Source: an uncultured Clostridia bacterium (lineage in GTDB: Bacteria > Bacillota > Clostridia > Christensenellales > UBA1242). From it: 50,882 nt of DNA. The notes below the pieces were generated by a model that did no database searches, had not been told where the DNA came from, and saw nothing but the letters and a program-made list of their open reading frames with translations. Made by a program: the position numbers and the translations under genes. Shown one piece after another: positions 17,183 to 28,800 of the stretch (positions within the stretch are counted from its first letter, which is position 1; every line of letters starts with the position of its first letter). The stretch lies in NCBI GenBank assembly GCA_944372325.1, contig CALVYR010000003.1, positions 1 to 50,882 on the forward strand, in the 5' to 3' direction.

Positions 17183-18535
17183 ATGGATGCAGTAGAAACT
17201 AGTAAATCTAATAAAGCTTTAATTATAGTTACAATAATTTTATCAATTGCCGTAGTTGCACTTGGTATTTTATACGGAATAAGTTTAAGTTCGCTTAATA
17301 ATTTTCAAACATCACTTGAAAATGTATATCAAAAAAATTTCTATGAACTCGTAGATGAGGTAAACAATGCTGAAACTAAGCTAAACAAGGTTTTAGCTTC
17401 AAACAGTAACACCTATAGGTCAAAACTCTTAAAAGAGGTTAGTAAAAATGCTAGCGAGGCTCAAACAAGACTAAATATGCTTCCTTATTCAATCAATGGG
17501 CTTTCTGACACTATTTCCTTTGTCAATCAACTTAGTGGCTACACTGAAACCTTAGCTAAAAATTTAGATAAAGGTGAAAAAATAGATGAAAAAGACCAAG
17601 AAACGCTTGAAAAAGTATATGAAAGTGTGGTAAATATCAAAAAGTCATTAAATTCTATGTCTAAGCAGATGTGGGAGGGTTACAACATTACAAGCTCAAG
17701 CTTGAAGCTTGATGGCGACTATAATTCGCTCACTTCAGATATGTCGGCTATGAATGGCGAGGATATAGAATATCCTACAATGATATATGATGGACCATTT
17801 TCTGATTCTCAAGTGAATAAAGAAGTTAAAGGTTTAAATTTCTCTGAAGTTAGCATGGAAACGGCTAAAAATAATTTAGGTAAAATTTTAACAAATATTT
17901 CTGTAGACAATTTAAAATTTAATGGTGAAAGTAGTGGGCATTTCCAAACTTACGACTTTTCTTATGAGGATGAAAATGGGGTATATACCTTTGCTCAAGT
18001 TACTAAAAAGGGTGGAAAGTTATTGACCTTAAGCTCTCAAAACATTTATAAAACTAAAAAACTTGAACTTGCAAACGCGGAAAAAATTGCACTAGATTTT
18101 GCTAAGAAAACTGGAATTGAATCTATGAAAGTGGTTTGGAGCGATGTTGTAGGCGATGATGCGTTTATAAATCTGGCTCCAGTTATAGATGGCGTAATTA
18201 TTTATCCAGACCTTGTTAAGGTAAAAGTTGATTTAACTAAAGGTGATGTTTTAGGCTTTGAAGCTAGCTCTTACTATATGAATCATGTAAATAGAAAAAT
18301 TTTACCAGCTAGAATTACAGAAAGCGTGGCAAAAGCTAAAATATATTCAGGGCTTTATGTTAAAGATTTAAGGCTTGCATTAATTCCACTAGAATATGGT
18401 GAAGAAGTGCTTTGCTATGAATTTATCTGCTCTATGAATGGTAACACCTATTATGTTTATATCAATGCTGTAAACGGAGCAGAGGAAAATATTTTGAAGG
18501 TTGTTCAAACAGATAACGGAAATCTACTTATGTAA
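17183..18535 (+). CDS. ypeB: Germination protein YpeB
   Basis: The protein is 450 aa, has an N-terminal TM anchor and C-terminal PepSY-like repeats ('YYVYINAVNGAEENI'), and lies immediately downstream of sleB as in the canonical sleB-ypeB operon. Confidence 0.85.
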   Translation: MDAVETSKSNKALIIVTIILSIAVVALGILYGISLSSLNNFQTSLENVYQKNFYELVDEVNNAETKLNKVLASNSNTYRSKLLKEVSKNASEAQTRLNMLPYSINGLSDTISFVNQLSGYTETLAKNLDKGEKIDEKDQETLEKVYESVVNIKKSLNSMSKQMWEGYNITSSSLKLDGDYNSLTSDMSAMNGEDIEYPTMIYDGPFSDSQVNKEVKGLNFSEVSMETAKNNLGKILTNISVDNLKFNGESSGHFQTYDFSYEDENGVYTFAQVTKKGGKLLTLSSQNIYKTKKLELANAEKIALDFAKKTGIESMKVVWSDVVGDDAFINLAPVIDGVIIYPDLVKVKVDLTKGDVLGFEASSYYMNHVNRKILPARITESVAKAKIYSGLYVKDLRLALIPLEYGEEVLCYEFICSMNGNTYYVYINAVNGAEENILKVVQTDNGNLLM

Positions 18536-18560
18536 ATTTTTCGACTTTTATGGAAAAAAG

Positions 18561-18589
18561 TTGACATATTTAGAATGTCGGTCTATAAT
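18561..18589 (+). promoter_or_regulatory. Perfect-consensus sigma-A promoter
   Basis: TTGACA, a 17-nt spacer, then TATAAT, 20 nt upstream of the ATG at 18609 (SD GGGAG). Confidence 0.7.
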
Positions 18590-18608
18590 GTAGCCAATAG
18601 GGAGATTT

Positions 18609-19685
18609 ATGGAAGAAGCTACAAGAAAAACAATAGAACTTATGGGGATATACGAGTTAAGGACACTTGCAAGGAATGTAGGTGTTCCTTCTCCTACAAC
18701 TCTTAAAAGGCAACAACTTATAGATGCCATAACTGAAATTATGGACGGAGTTAAAGAGGCCTCTCCTATAAAAAGGGTGGGCAGGCCTCCAAAACAAATT
18801 AACTTAGATTCTTCCGTAATGGATATTTTTGTTCCACAAGATTTTATAGATTATGCCAACGAGGAAAAGGAAAAGTTATACACAAATGAAACGCTTGTAT
18901 TTCAACAAGAATTAGACCTTTCCAGGTTTAATAATAAAATTAGGGTGGAACGAAAAGGCTATCTTAGAATGACTAAAAGCGGAGCATATTTTTTCAAGGA
19001 TGATACCGCTCTAGTTTTTGTGCCTGCAAATTTGGTGGCTGAATATAGAATTGTTGAAGGGGACTTTATTGAAGGCGGAGCTTGGCAAATTCAGGGAAAA
19101 TCTTTTGATGTATTCTATGCTCTTGAAAAAATTAATGGTGTAAGGCTTGAAGAGGTTAATAGAAACCTTGTAAACTTTATAAATATCACAACGCCAACCA
19201 ATGCTGAGGAAAGTGCTAGGAAATTTTTTAATATAAAAAATATTCCTGAATACATAGCAGAAATTCATCCACTTCTTCAAACATATGAAGAAAAGGGGTA
19301 TAAAATCAACATCTTAGCAGTTGGGTTAGTTCCTGAACTTGTTTTAAGAATTAAATCTTCTTTTGATGATATTAAACACTCTGAATTTATTAGCTATTAT
19401 GAGGATGGGCCTAAACAATCTTTTGAAATTGCTTTAGATGCTATTAATAACACCACAACTTTAGCTCGCTCTGGCGAAAAGGTACTACTATTTGTTTTTG
19501 ATGTTTCCACTCTTCTTTCAGAGCTTAAAATTTACTTTGAAGATAAAGCTGAAAACACAACAAACTATAACACTCTTTTAATTATGAGAAAGCTTTTTAG
19601 TATAAATAGAAGTTTGGTTGGCGGAGGTGCTTGTGCACTTTTTATAGGCACTTCTGAGGATATAGACTTAATAAATTATATTTAA
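18609..19685 (+). CDS. Rho-derived protein with a Rho_N-like and an OB/CSD-like RNA-binding N-terminus and a degenerate C-terminal domain that lacks Walker A
   Basis: 'ELRTLARNVGVPSPTTLKRQQLIDAI' resembles Rho_N. 'RKGYLRMTKSGAYFFKDD...VFVPANLVAEYRIVEGDFIEG' resembles the Rho CSD. 'KVLLFVFDVSTL' sits where Rho has Walker B. There is no GxxxxGK[ST] anywhere in the 358 aa. Confidence 0.55.
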   Translation: MEEATRKTIELMGIYELRTLARNVGVPSPTTLKRQQLIDAITEIMDGVKEASPIKRVGRPPKQINLDSSVMDIFVPQDFIDYANEEKEKLYTNETLVFQQELDLSRFNNKIRVERKGYLRMTKSGAYFFKDDTALVFVPANLVAEYRIVEGDFIEGGAWQIQGKSFDVFYALEKINGVRLEEVNRNLVNFINITTPTNAEESARKFFNIKNIPEYIAEIHPLLQTYEEKGYKINILAVGLVPELVLRIKSSFDDIKHSEFISYYEDGPKQSFEIALDAINNTTTLARSGEKVLLFVFDVSTLLSELKIYFEDKAENTTNYNTLLIMRKLFSINRSLVGGGACALFIGTSEDIDLINYI

Positions 19686-19739
19686 ACAAAAATAGGCTTA
19701 AAAAAAGGCCTGTTTTTTTTGTAAAAATGGTAAAAATAT

Positions 19740-19768
19740 TTGATATTAGTGTCGAAATTATGTATACT
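19740..19768 (+). promoter_or_regulatory. Sigma-A-type promoter for the giant gene
   Basis: TTGATA, a 17-nt spacer, then TATACT, about 40 nt upstream of the ATG at 19811. Confidence 0.55.
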
Positions 19769-19810
19769 AGTAAATGTAGAATTATACAATTTTCAAAAGG
19801 GGAATTTTGT

Positions 19811-22800
19811 ATGCAGAAGAGTAGCAATATAAATAAAATAATTTTAAAGGTGGGAATTGTTCTAGCACTAATTGCCTCCATATTTGGCATGGGGCTAATT
19901 TCCTCATCATCTAGGGCGTACGCCTCAGAGGAAACTACAACAAGCATAGAAGAGGTTGTAGACACTTCTGAACATGGTAGCACAGAGGAGATAACTGGCG
20001 CTACGGATCCAACTAACCCAATTATAGATGCAGACCTCACTTTTATTGAGGCAGAACCTTTTGCTGGTAATGGATCCGCTGGAAACCCCTATCAATTAAA
20101 AAGCGCAGGGAACCTTGCATATCTTGCTAACCAAGTAAATGGAGGAAATGATTATGAGGGTGTTTATTTTACGCTAACTGCAAATATAGATCTTGCTGGA
20201 AAAATCTGGACTCCAATTGGATATAATACCTCAAATACATTTAGAGGTTTTTTTGATGGTGATGGCTACACAATTTCTAATTTATATACAGACTATAGAA
20301 CAATAACTGGTGCTGATGCCTATGGTCTTTTCGGCTTTCTTGGAAATCGTGCGACAATAAAAAATGTTCAAGTAACTAGTGCTAACATTGTTTCAAATGA
20401 AGAATCGGGAATAATAGCTGGTTATGTGAATGCTAATGGTGTTATAATTGAAGCTTGCTATGCTACAGGTACGATAAATTCTACTACATATATGGGTGGT
20501 ATAGTTGGTCGTGGAAATTCAAAATCATCACCAGCAATATCAAGATGTTATACCAATGTAACATTTTTAGGTAATGGAACTAAATATGCTATTATTGGAT
20601 ATTATGGAGATGTAGATTATTGTTTAGCTGATGCATCTATAAATCTTACAAATTCAAACGCTTCTGTAACAAACTCTATTAGAAGATCTGGAAACTATCT
20701 TTATACTAATAATTCAACTTCTAGAACTCAATATTACAATTTAACAAGTGTTAATTATAATTTTAAAAATGATGGTAGAACATCAAATCCTATTTGGTAC
20801 AGTTCTTCCAACAGTAACAGTACCCTTTGCTTAAGAGGTGTAGGAAATGTTTATGTAGAAACGGAATCTTACATAGCTACTCAAGATTATGACGATTCAG
20901 GCACTAATTCTACTACTGGTTCATCAAATAGACCTTATAATAATAGTTATAATGCAAATGGTGCTTATAAGACCTATGCTAAAGGTTTAATAAGAACTAG
21001 TTCAAGTGCTTCAAGTACAGAATATACAAAATTTTATACTTTAGGACAGACAATAACTTCTGCTTATTTAGTTCCAGCGTCTTCCGCCACTTGGGTATCA
21101 TATGAAATTTCAAACTATAATAAAATAGCAACTCAAGTCACTAAAGAAGTTAATAAAACACAAACATCTACTTATAATAAAACATTAAACGCTACCACAA
21201 TTACTAATTCAAGTAGTTTTGCTAGTTCAAGCCGTCAGGGTTATTTTGTAATTGATGCCGTTTTTGATAATATACTCTATCAATTCACACTTAATGCCTA
21301 TGATGCAAGCCCAAATGAAAAATTAGGAACTGCAGATTGTATTGGTGCATATAAACAGAATTTAAATTATACTCCTACTTATTATAATCGTTTAGGTATA
21401 ACTGTTATAAATGAACAAATTAATATTAAAAATAATGATAATACTACATTATTAGGTTCAGACAACCTTTATAGAAGAGGAGCAGAAGAAGTTTTAAATG
21501 GTACAAGCGGGTATAAATATTATAGAACTGTTGCATATTTAAGATATGGTGATACACTTCCATATATTGATATAAACATTTCTAATTCAAATATTTATCT
21601 AGCGGAGTTTACCGATAATTCAAGTAACTATACTTTATCTTATGATAATAATGATAAAGATCTCAGTATTAATCCAAGTACTTCTGTAAATGGCAATGTT
21701 AGGGTTGATATGTATTTTACAAATGCAACCAAAGTGACCTTTGCAAAAGGTAATGAACTATCAAGTAGCAGTGTAACAGTAAACACAAATTCAGGTTATT
21801 CTTATTGGGTTATTAATGGATCTACTAGTAAAGTTTATGTTTTAAAGAAAACCAAACTTGCAGGAACAAGTAATTGTACTTATAATCAAACAGATCTTCC
21901 AACTGTAAATTATGATAGTCTAGGTGATAGATATGAACTCCTTGGGTGGGCGGATGATAGGACTATAGGTTTGTTTACTGATCCTGATGCTAATGGTTCT
22001 TATACTGCATTAGATGGTACTGTAGAGAGGGTTTTTGCTAGTCATTCAAAGTCTAGATTAAATGCGGAATTTGTTCCAGTCAAAACTTTTGTGGCTCCAG
22101 GTCGAACAGGAACTTCAGCTGGAACAAACCATATGGTATTAGATTTATATACGGTTTTCCAAGCTAATAATGGAAAACTTAAAGTAAGATTCTTTGATGG
22201 AACTTCTCAGATAACCAGCAATAGTAAATTAACTAGCATGGGGCTCACTTTCTTTGTCAGCATAAATAATGGAGCTAACTTTACATCTCCTACAAAAACT
22301 AATGGAACAATTACATTAACAATTCCTTATGGCACAGCTCTTCAATATAGGTTGAATTATAAATGCGGTTCTTCAGATAAATATTCATCAACTTATAGTT
22401 ATGTGTTCGGTTCAAGTAATGGATCGTACACAGCAAGTTCAACTGCTACAAGAACTTTAACAGAATTAAATAATGAAAAATATTTAGATTTCATATTCAG
22501 TACTCAGCCTAGGACACTAGATGTGGAAATTATTGGCGAGGATGGCGAAGATATAGCTGAAAGTATATTATCATCCTTTGGCTTTATGGTTCGCAACCAG
22601 ACAACAAACACTACTTTACAAACCCCAAACTACACTACTGGTTCATATGGTGGAATAAACTATTTATATTCTAAAGGTGTAAATTATGCTGACATTTTAC
22701 AAATAATAGTTCAAACTGTTCCAGAGGGGTACCACATTGAGTCTGTAACATTGGCAAATGGCTCTGATATTACATCAAATGGCACTACCTATACAACAGG

Positions 22801-25800
22801 ACAGCTCAGATCTAATACAAAAATTCTTATAACGCTTGCAAGAAATAAGGCAACTATAAATATTCAGCAAACAGGGTTCTATTCCAACTATTTATCAACA
22901 AGTTTGCCAAATTATAGTTATGTTGTAACAAGAGCAGAAGGTGGCACAAATAGCTCTACTTTAAAAACACCAACAACAATCACTATTAAAACAGGTGATG
23001 ATTTTAGTTTATCTTCTAAATTCGATTCAAGCACAGCTTACTTCTTATCAAGAGTTACAGCTGAATCAATTCTAAGCTCTCTTAATGCTACAATCACACA
23101 AGGAAATGGTTACACTAATAGTGTATCTGACCTAGTTGTAGGTTCTGATGGGGCTACTATTACTTTAACTTTAAATTACTCAATTAAAGAATTTACATTA
23201 AATTTTGATGCAACAACAGATTCAAATACAAATAGTAGTTATTGGGCATTTAGTTATACAATTAACAGAAGTGCAAGAAATTCATCAGAATCCGCTACAC
23301 TAACGGGCGAAGTTTCACCTGAGGGATCTGTAACTTTGCGCCATGGTGATACCATTAAAGTAAGTGTAAATGTTAAAAATAGCGCAGCGGTTACATCCTA
23401 TGGCGTAAGTGCAAATGCTACACAATCTTCAACTAGTGGTTTTACTTCTAGTGTAGATGTTAGCTATTCAAGTTTAATAAGCGCTGCTAAAACTGTATTT
23501 GCAAGGGTTCTTTTAAATGAATATGATGTTATATTCAATTTAAGCCCTGTGGGTTCTACTTTACCAGATGGAAGTGCTCTATTAAATCCAGCAACCTGGG
23601 CAGATGGCGCTTCTGGAAACACTAAAACCTATACGGTTTACTATAATTCAACCTTATCCACAATTCCTGATGCTAGAAGAAATGGTTACAACTTCTTAGG
23701 CTGGGCTACAACGGAAAACGCAACTTCTGCTAATTTTAATTCTAATACAAGAATATTACAGGAAACAAACCTTTACCCTGTTTGGGGAAAATATAGCTAC
23801 GATATAGATTACGACTTAAATGACGATGAGGTCGTTGGCGTAGTTTGGGCAACTTCTTCTACAACAAGTATAGGCTCTGGAGATAGCTATACATTCCCAA
23901 CTCTCACTAGTGATAGCCATGACTTTGTTGGTTGGAGATATACCTACAATGGTCAAGAAGTAGTTGCTGCTCCAGGCACTGTCATTACTTGGGACTTTGC
24001 TCAAAACATGACCTTTACTGCTGTATGGCAAAGAAAAGTATTTGATGTTCAAGTTGTTATATATGGTCAATATTCTCCAGACGGAACAACATTTACATAT
24101 TCAAAAATAGCAGACGGAACTTCAACTGATGTATATTATGGAGAACTTTCTGCAGATGCTGTTAATTTAGTTTTAAACAAGCCAAGTGCTCAAGGTTATA
24201 GCTTTGTTGGTTATTTACTTAACGAGCCAAGTGCTTCTACTATAGGTGATATCAGCACAACACTACCAAATATTATTGTATCCGATAATAACACAACAGA
24301 TAGAGTTTTAACTGTTTATGTTGTATACAAAAACTTCTATACTCTAACATATGCCTCTGCAGGGAATGGAGATATTGAAATAGATAACTATTCAAGCCCA
24401 TTCTATGCTACATATGGCGAGGACTATGAGTTTATATTAACTCCAGATGATGGTTACCTGTTTGGATATTTCAATGTAACACCATCTGCTTATATAAGTT
24501 ATATTAGTTCATCAAATGTTTTAACAATGCCAGCTAGCGATTTAACAGTTGAGGCTGTGTTTATTGTTGCTGAAATTGATATTACATATTTAGCAGACCA
24601 TGATGGTTCTACTGGTGCAAAATTTGCAGATGGCACTCTTGAGAAAACTGGTGTTGTTACATATTTAAACACAAATTATAGATATGGCTCTAACACAGGT
24701 ATGCCTGTACCTTCTAGAACTGGTTATGATTTTGCTGGTTGGACGGATGACATAAATTGGGAAAATATTCCTGTTTCTCAAAGAAAAATATATACAGAAA
24801 CTACGCCTTGGGATAAGACGGAAGCAACAATTCTTTACGCAACATGGGAGCCAGAAAGCTATGATTTAATATTTGTTTTAAATGCTTCAGGTGTTACAAA
24901 CCCTACAAGCCTTGATGAAATTACTGTTATTTCAAATGGCGAAACAATTACAAGAACTCCTACATCTGGAACAGGCTTTGTAATAAAATATGGTGAAACA
25001 TTAATTTTACCAGACCTTGATAGTGATAGTCACGATTTAGTTGGTTGGTATATTGGAACTAACACTCAAAAAATATACACTCCAGGCGAGCAGTATGTTT
25101 GGAATGAACTTAACGGAAATACTTTAACTGCTGTTTGGGAAGCTAAAAAGTTTGAAGTTAGAGTTGAAATATATGGCGAACATTTAAATTCTGATAGATT
25201 GTCTTATAGCTATGTAGATATAGGCAATGGCAACACATACTCTAATTTAAGTTTTGGAACATTCCTATCAACTACTTTTGGTGTAGATGCCCTAGGTGCT
25301 CCAAGTTTAGCTATCAATAAACCAACAGAGGCTGGATATACTTTTGTTGGCTATGCGCTTTCAGTTCCTACAACTGGTAATATTGTTTCAACATTCCCAG
25401 AAATTGAACTTTTAGATAGCAACTCCTATGTTAATAACAGAGTTTTAACACTATATCTTGTTTATAAAAACCATTACACACTATCTTATGCTCCTAATTC
25501 TTCAGCATTAGGAAGCGTGCATGTAAATTTATCTGGTACAAACATCTATGGCAGTTCTGTTGAAGTAACGGTCGGTGAGGGCGTTACAATTGTTCCAACA
25601 GCAAACAACGGCTATCATTTTGTTGATTATCAAGCAACACCAAGTGTTGAGTTCTTAGACAATGCAATTTATATGCCAGCTAACAATTTAAGCATTGTTG
25701 CAGTTTTCGAGCCAGATATTATTGATATAAACTATTATAGAAACGATGGTACAGAAGCTATTGAAACTACTGGTAAAGTAACATTTAATGCAAGAGATTA

Positions 25801-28800
25801 CACCTATGGCGTTACAGATATTTCTGGTATGCCAACACCTGTAAGAGATGGTTACGATTTTGTAGGTTGGTTTGATGCTAAAGAAAATGGCAATAGATAC
25901 GATACTAACACAGTTTGGAATATTTATAATAGCCCTGCAGCGTTATACGCTCACTGGTCTGTAAAACAATATAATATAACTGTAAATATTTACGGCGAAA
26001 AAGTTGATTCTGCCGATAAAACTAACTTATCTAACTATGAACTTGCAGATGTTGCATCAATCAGCATTTCAGATGGTGATAACACTGCTTATAGTGAAGG
26101 TTATACTTACACAGTAAGCTACGATTTTGGTAAAACTATCACTATTTCAGGCGTAGCTAACGCAGGTTTTGAGTTCTATACTGCAATAACCAACAGTACA
26201 TCTCAAACACTTCCATACGAGTTTGTTTTAACTTCAAGCGGTGCGGTAGTAAATCTTTACTATTCAAGGCAAGATTTCACATTGACCCTTGATAAAAATA
26301 CAACTGAAAATGTTACAGGTTTAACCTCAACTCAATATGTTCTAAACTATGGTCAAAGCTTAGCTCTTCCAACTCTTAATAGAACTGGCTATCAATTCTT
26401 GGGCTTTGATTTAGACTCAAGCGCTGAGCAGGCAGAATTTACTTCTTCTTATGTTCAAGGAACAGAGGCTCAGACCTTATATGCTATTTGGAAACCTATA
26501 GACTATGATATAACAATTAAATTCATGTTTGAAAATCTTGATGGTGAATTTGAAGCGTTAGGCTTACTTGGGAATTTTGATTTAGCTTATAACACTACTA
26601 ATATGCAAACTCTTCCAGAATTTAATGGCAAGATAGCTTATAGAACAAGCGTTACTATTAGTAATATAGTATTAGAAGCTGGCTTTGAAATAAGTTCTGT
26701 TAGCTTTAATAGTGTTACTCTAACAGGTGTAAGCGGAGCTTATAGCTTTGATGTTCCACTAAATGGTGGAGATGTAGTTATCTATGCTTCAAGAATTCCA
26801 TATGATTTAACTTTAGACTTAAATATCAACGATTCAACAGATGTTGATATGAACAATTGGCACTTTGAAGATGATATTTCTGAAACTACAATACTTTTTG
26901 GGCATACAATATCACTTCCGGATTTCACAGACTATAGAGATGGTTACGATTTCTTAGGCTGGAGCGATGGCGAAACCACATATGGCGTTGGAGATAGTTA
27001 TACTCAAGGCTTAACTACTAACACCTTAACTGCTGTTTGGGACGCTAAAACCTATTATATTACATATGATAACAATACAACTAACCCATATAATGACAAC
27101 AAAGATGTTGTAAACGATGCTTGGGCAGGCGAGGCTGGTGTAACAAGCATTAAATCTGGTGAAAGTTATACATTCCCAGCTCTTACAAGTGATAGTCACG
27201 ACTTCTTAGGCTGGAGTATTACTCTTGATGATGGCACTACTTATAATTATAATGTTGGTGACACCAATCCAATAGTTTGGGGATATGCAAGCGATGTTAC
27301 CTTAAAAGCTAAATGGAGCACAAAGATATTTGAAGTTAAAGTTGAAGTATGGCATGCAAATATCAGCGCTTCTAATAGAGATAACATTAGCTATACAAAG
27401 CAAGCAAACTTAACTGCTTATGATCAAAATGTTTACTATGGCGATTTAGTTAGAGGAATTTCAGATGTTATTTATTCACAAACTGGCTATAGTTTTGTAG
27501 GCTACTTTACACAAAATGTTAGCTGGACAGATTCAGATAAATTTGCTATAGACACACCTATAACTGGTGATACAACAATTTATCTACTCTACAAAAACTT
27601 CTATGAATTGAATTTCTCTTCTTCAGACCCAAATCGTGGATCATTACAGGCAAGAATTGGAATTGAAAATTTAGTTTCTGGCGACTATGTTACATATGGT
27701 GAAAGTGTTACACTAACTCCAGTGCCACTTATCTTAGAAGGACACACAGAGAGTGGATATGAATTTAGCAGTTACACAATAACTCCTAACGCTAGAATTA
27801 CAGATCACACATTTACAATGCCTGTTGGCGATACTAACGGAAGCGTAAGCGTTATAGTAAACTTCAGAGCTAAAACTATAAATATTACCTATAATGCTAA
27901 TACTGGTAAATTCTCAAACGGTAACACCACTTCAAGTGGAACTGTTATTTATCTGGACACAAACTATACCTTTAAAGAAGTGCCAACTAAAGTAGGTCAC
28001 GACTTCATAGAATGGAACACAGAGGCCGATGGCTCGGGAATTTCTTATCCTGTTGGAGCTAACTCTTCAGTGATAGAAATTCAATGGAATGAACCATACA
28101 CCAACGATATCCTCTATGCTATTTGGGAACCAACTCCTTATACAATAACAGTTCAAATAAAAACTGAGTCCTTAACTGAAGATGGGGAGTACGAAGTTTC
28201 TCAGGATGCTACATTCAATATCAGATACAATGGTGAACTCACCACAGGTTTAAGAGCCTTTGAAGAAGATATTGCTTATAACACTGAGGTAAGAATTGAA
28301 AATGTCAGTGTAGATACAGGCTTTAGCTTCTCAAGAGCAACTTTAAATGATAGAGAATTAGTAGCAATAGATGGCGTTTATTACTTATTCAATGTTCCAA
28401 ATGGTGATAGCACATTTGTTATCTATGTAAACAGATTACCTTACGATTTAACCTTAAATGCTAATACAAGTGATACAATTACAAATGTTACTGGCTGGAA
28501 CTTTACTCTTCAAGATGGCGTTTACAAGGCTACAAATACATATAAATATAAATCTAACATTGTTTTACCTACACCTGTAAGAGAAGGTTATCAATTTACT
28601 GGTTGGCTAAAAGCAGGTGGCACTACATATCAAGGTGGTGAAACCTTTGAACTTACAGGAGATGTAACCCTTCAAGCTACATGGCAGATTAAAACTTTCC
28701 CTGTTACAGTTGTTTTACAAGCATTCGAAGGAACCTATCTAGATTTAAGTGCTGTAGGCTTTACTCTTTCAGAGGGAAGTGTGCAAGTTTTAGCTAGTGA

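Noticed and set aside
19642-20040. A 132-aa minus-strand ORF spanning the end of the rho-like gene, the intergenic promoter and the start of the giant gene.
   Set aside because: It overlaps two well-supported + strand genes and their promoter and SD. It has no SD of its own and its sequence is low-complexity and hydrophobic, typical of antisense frames in AT-rich DNA.
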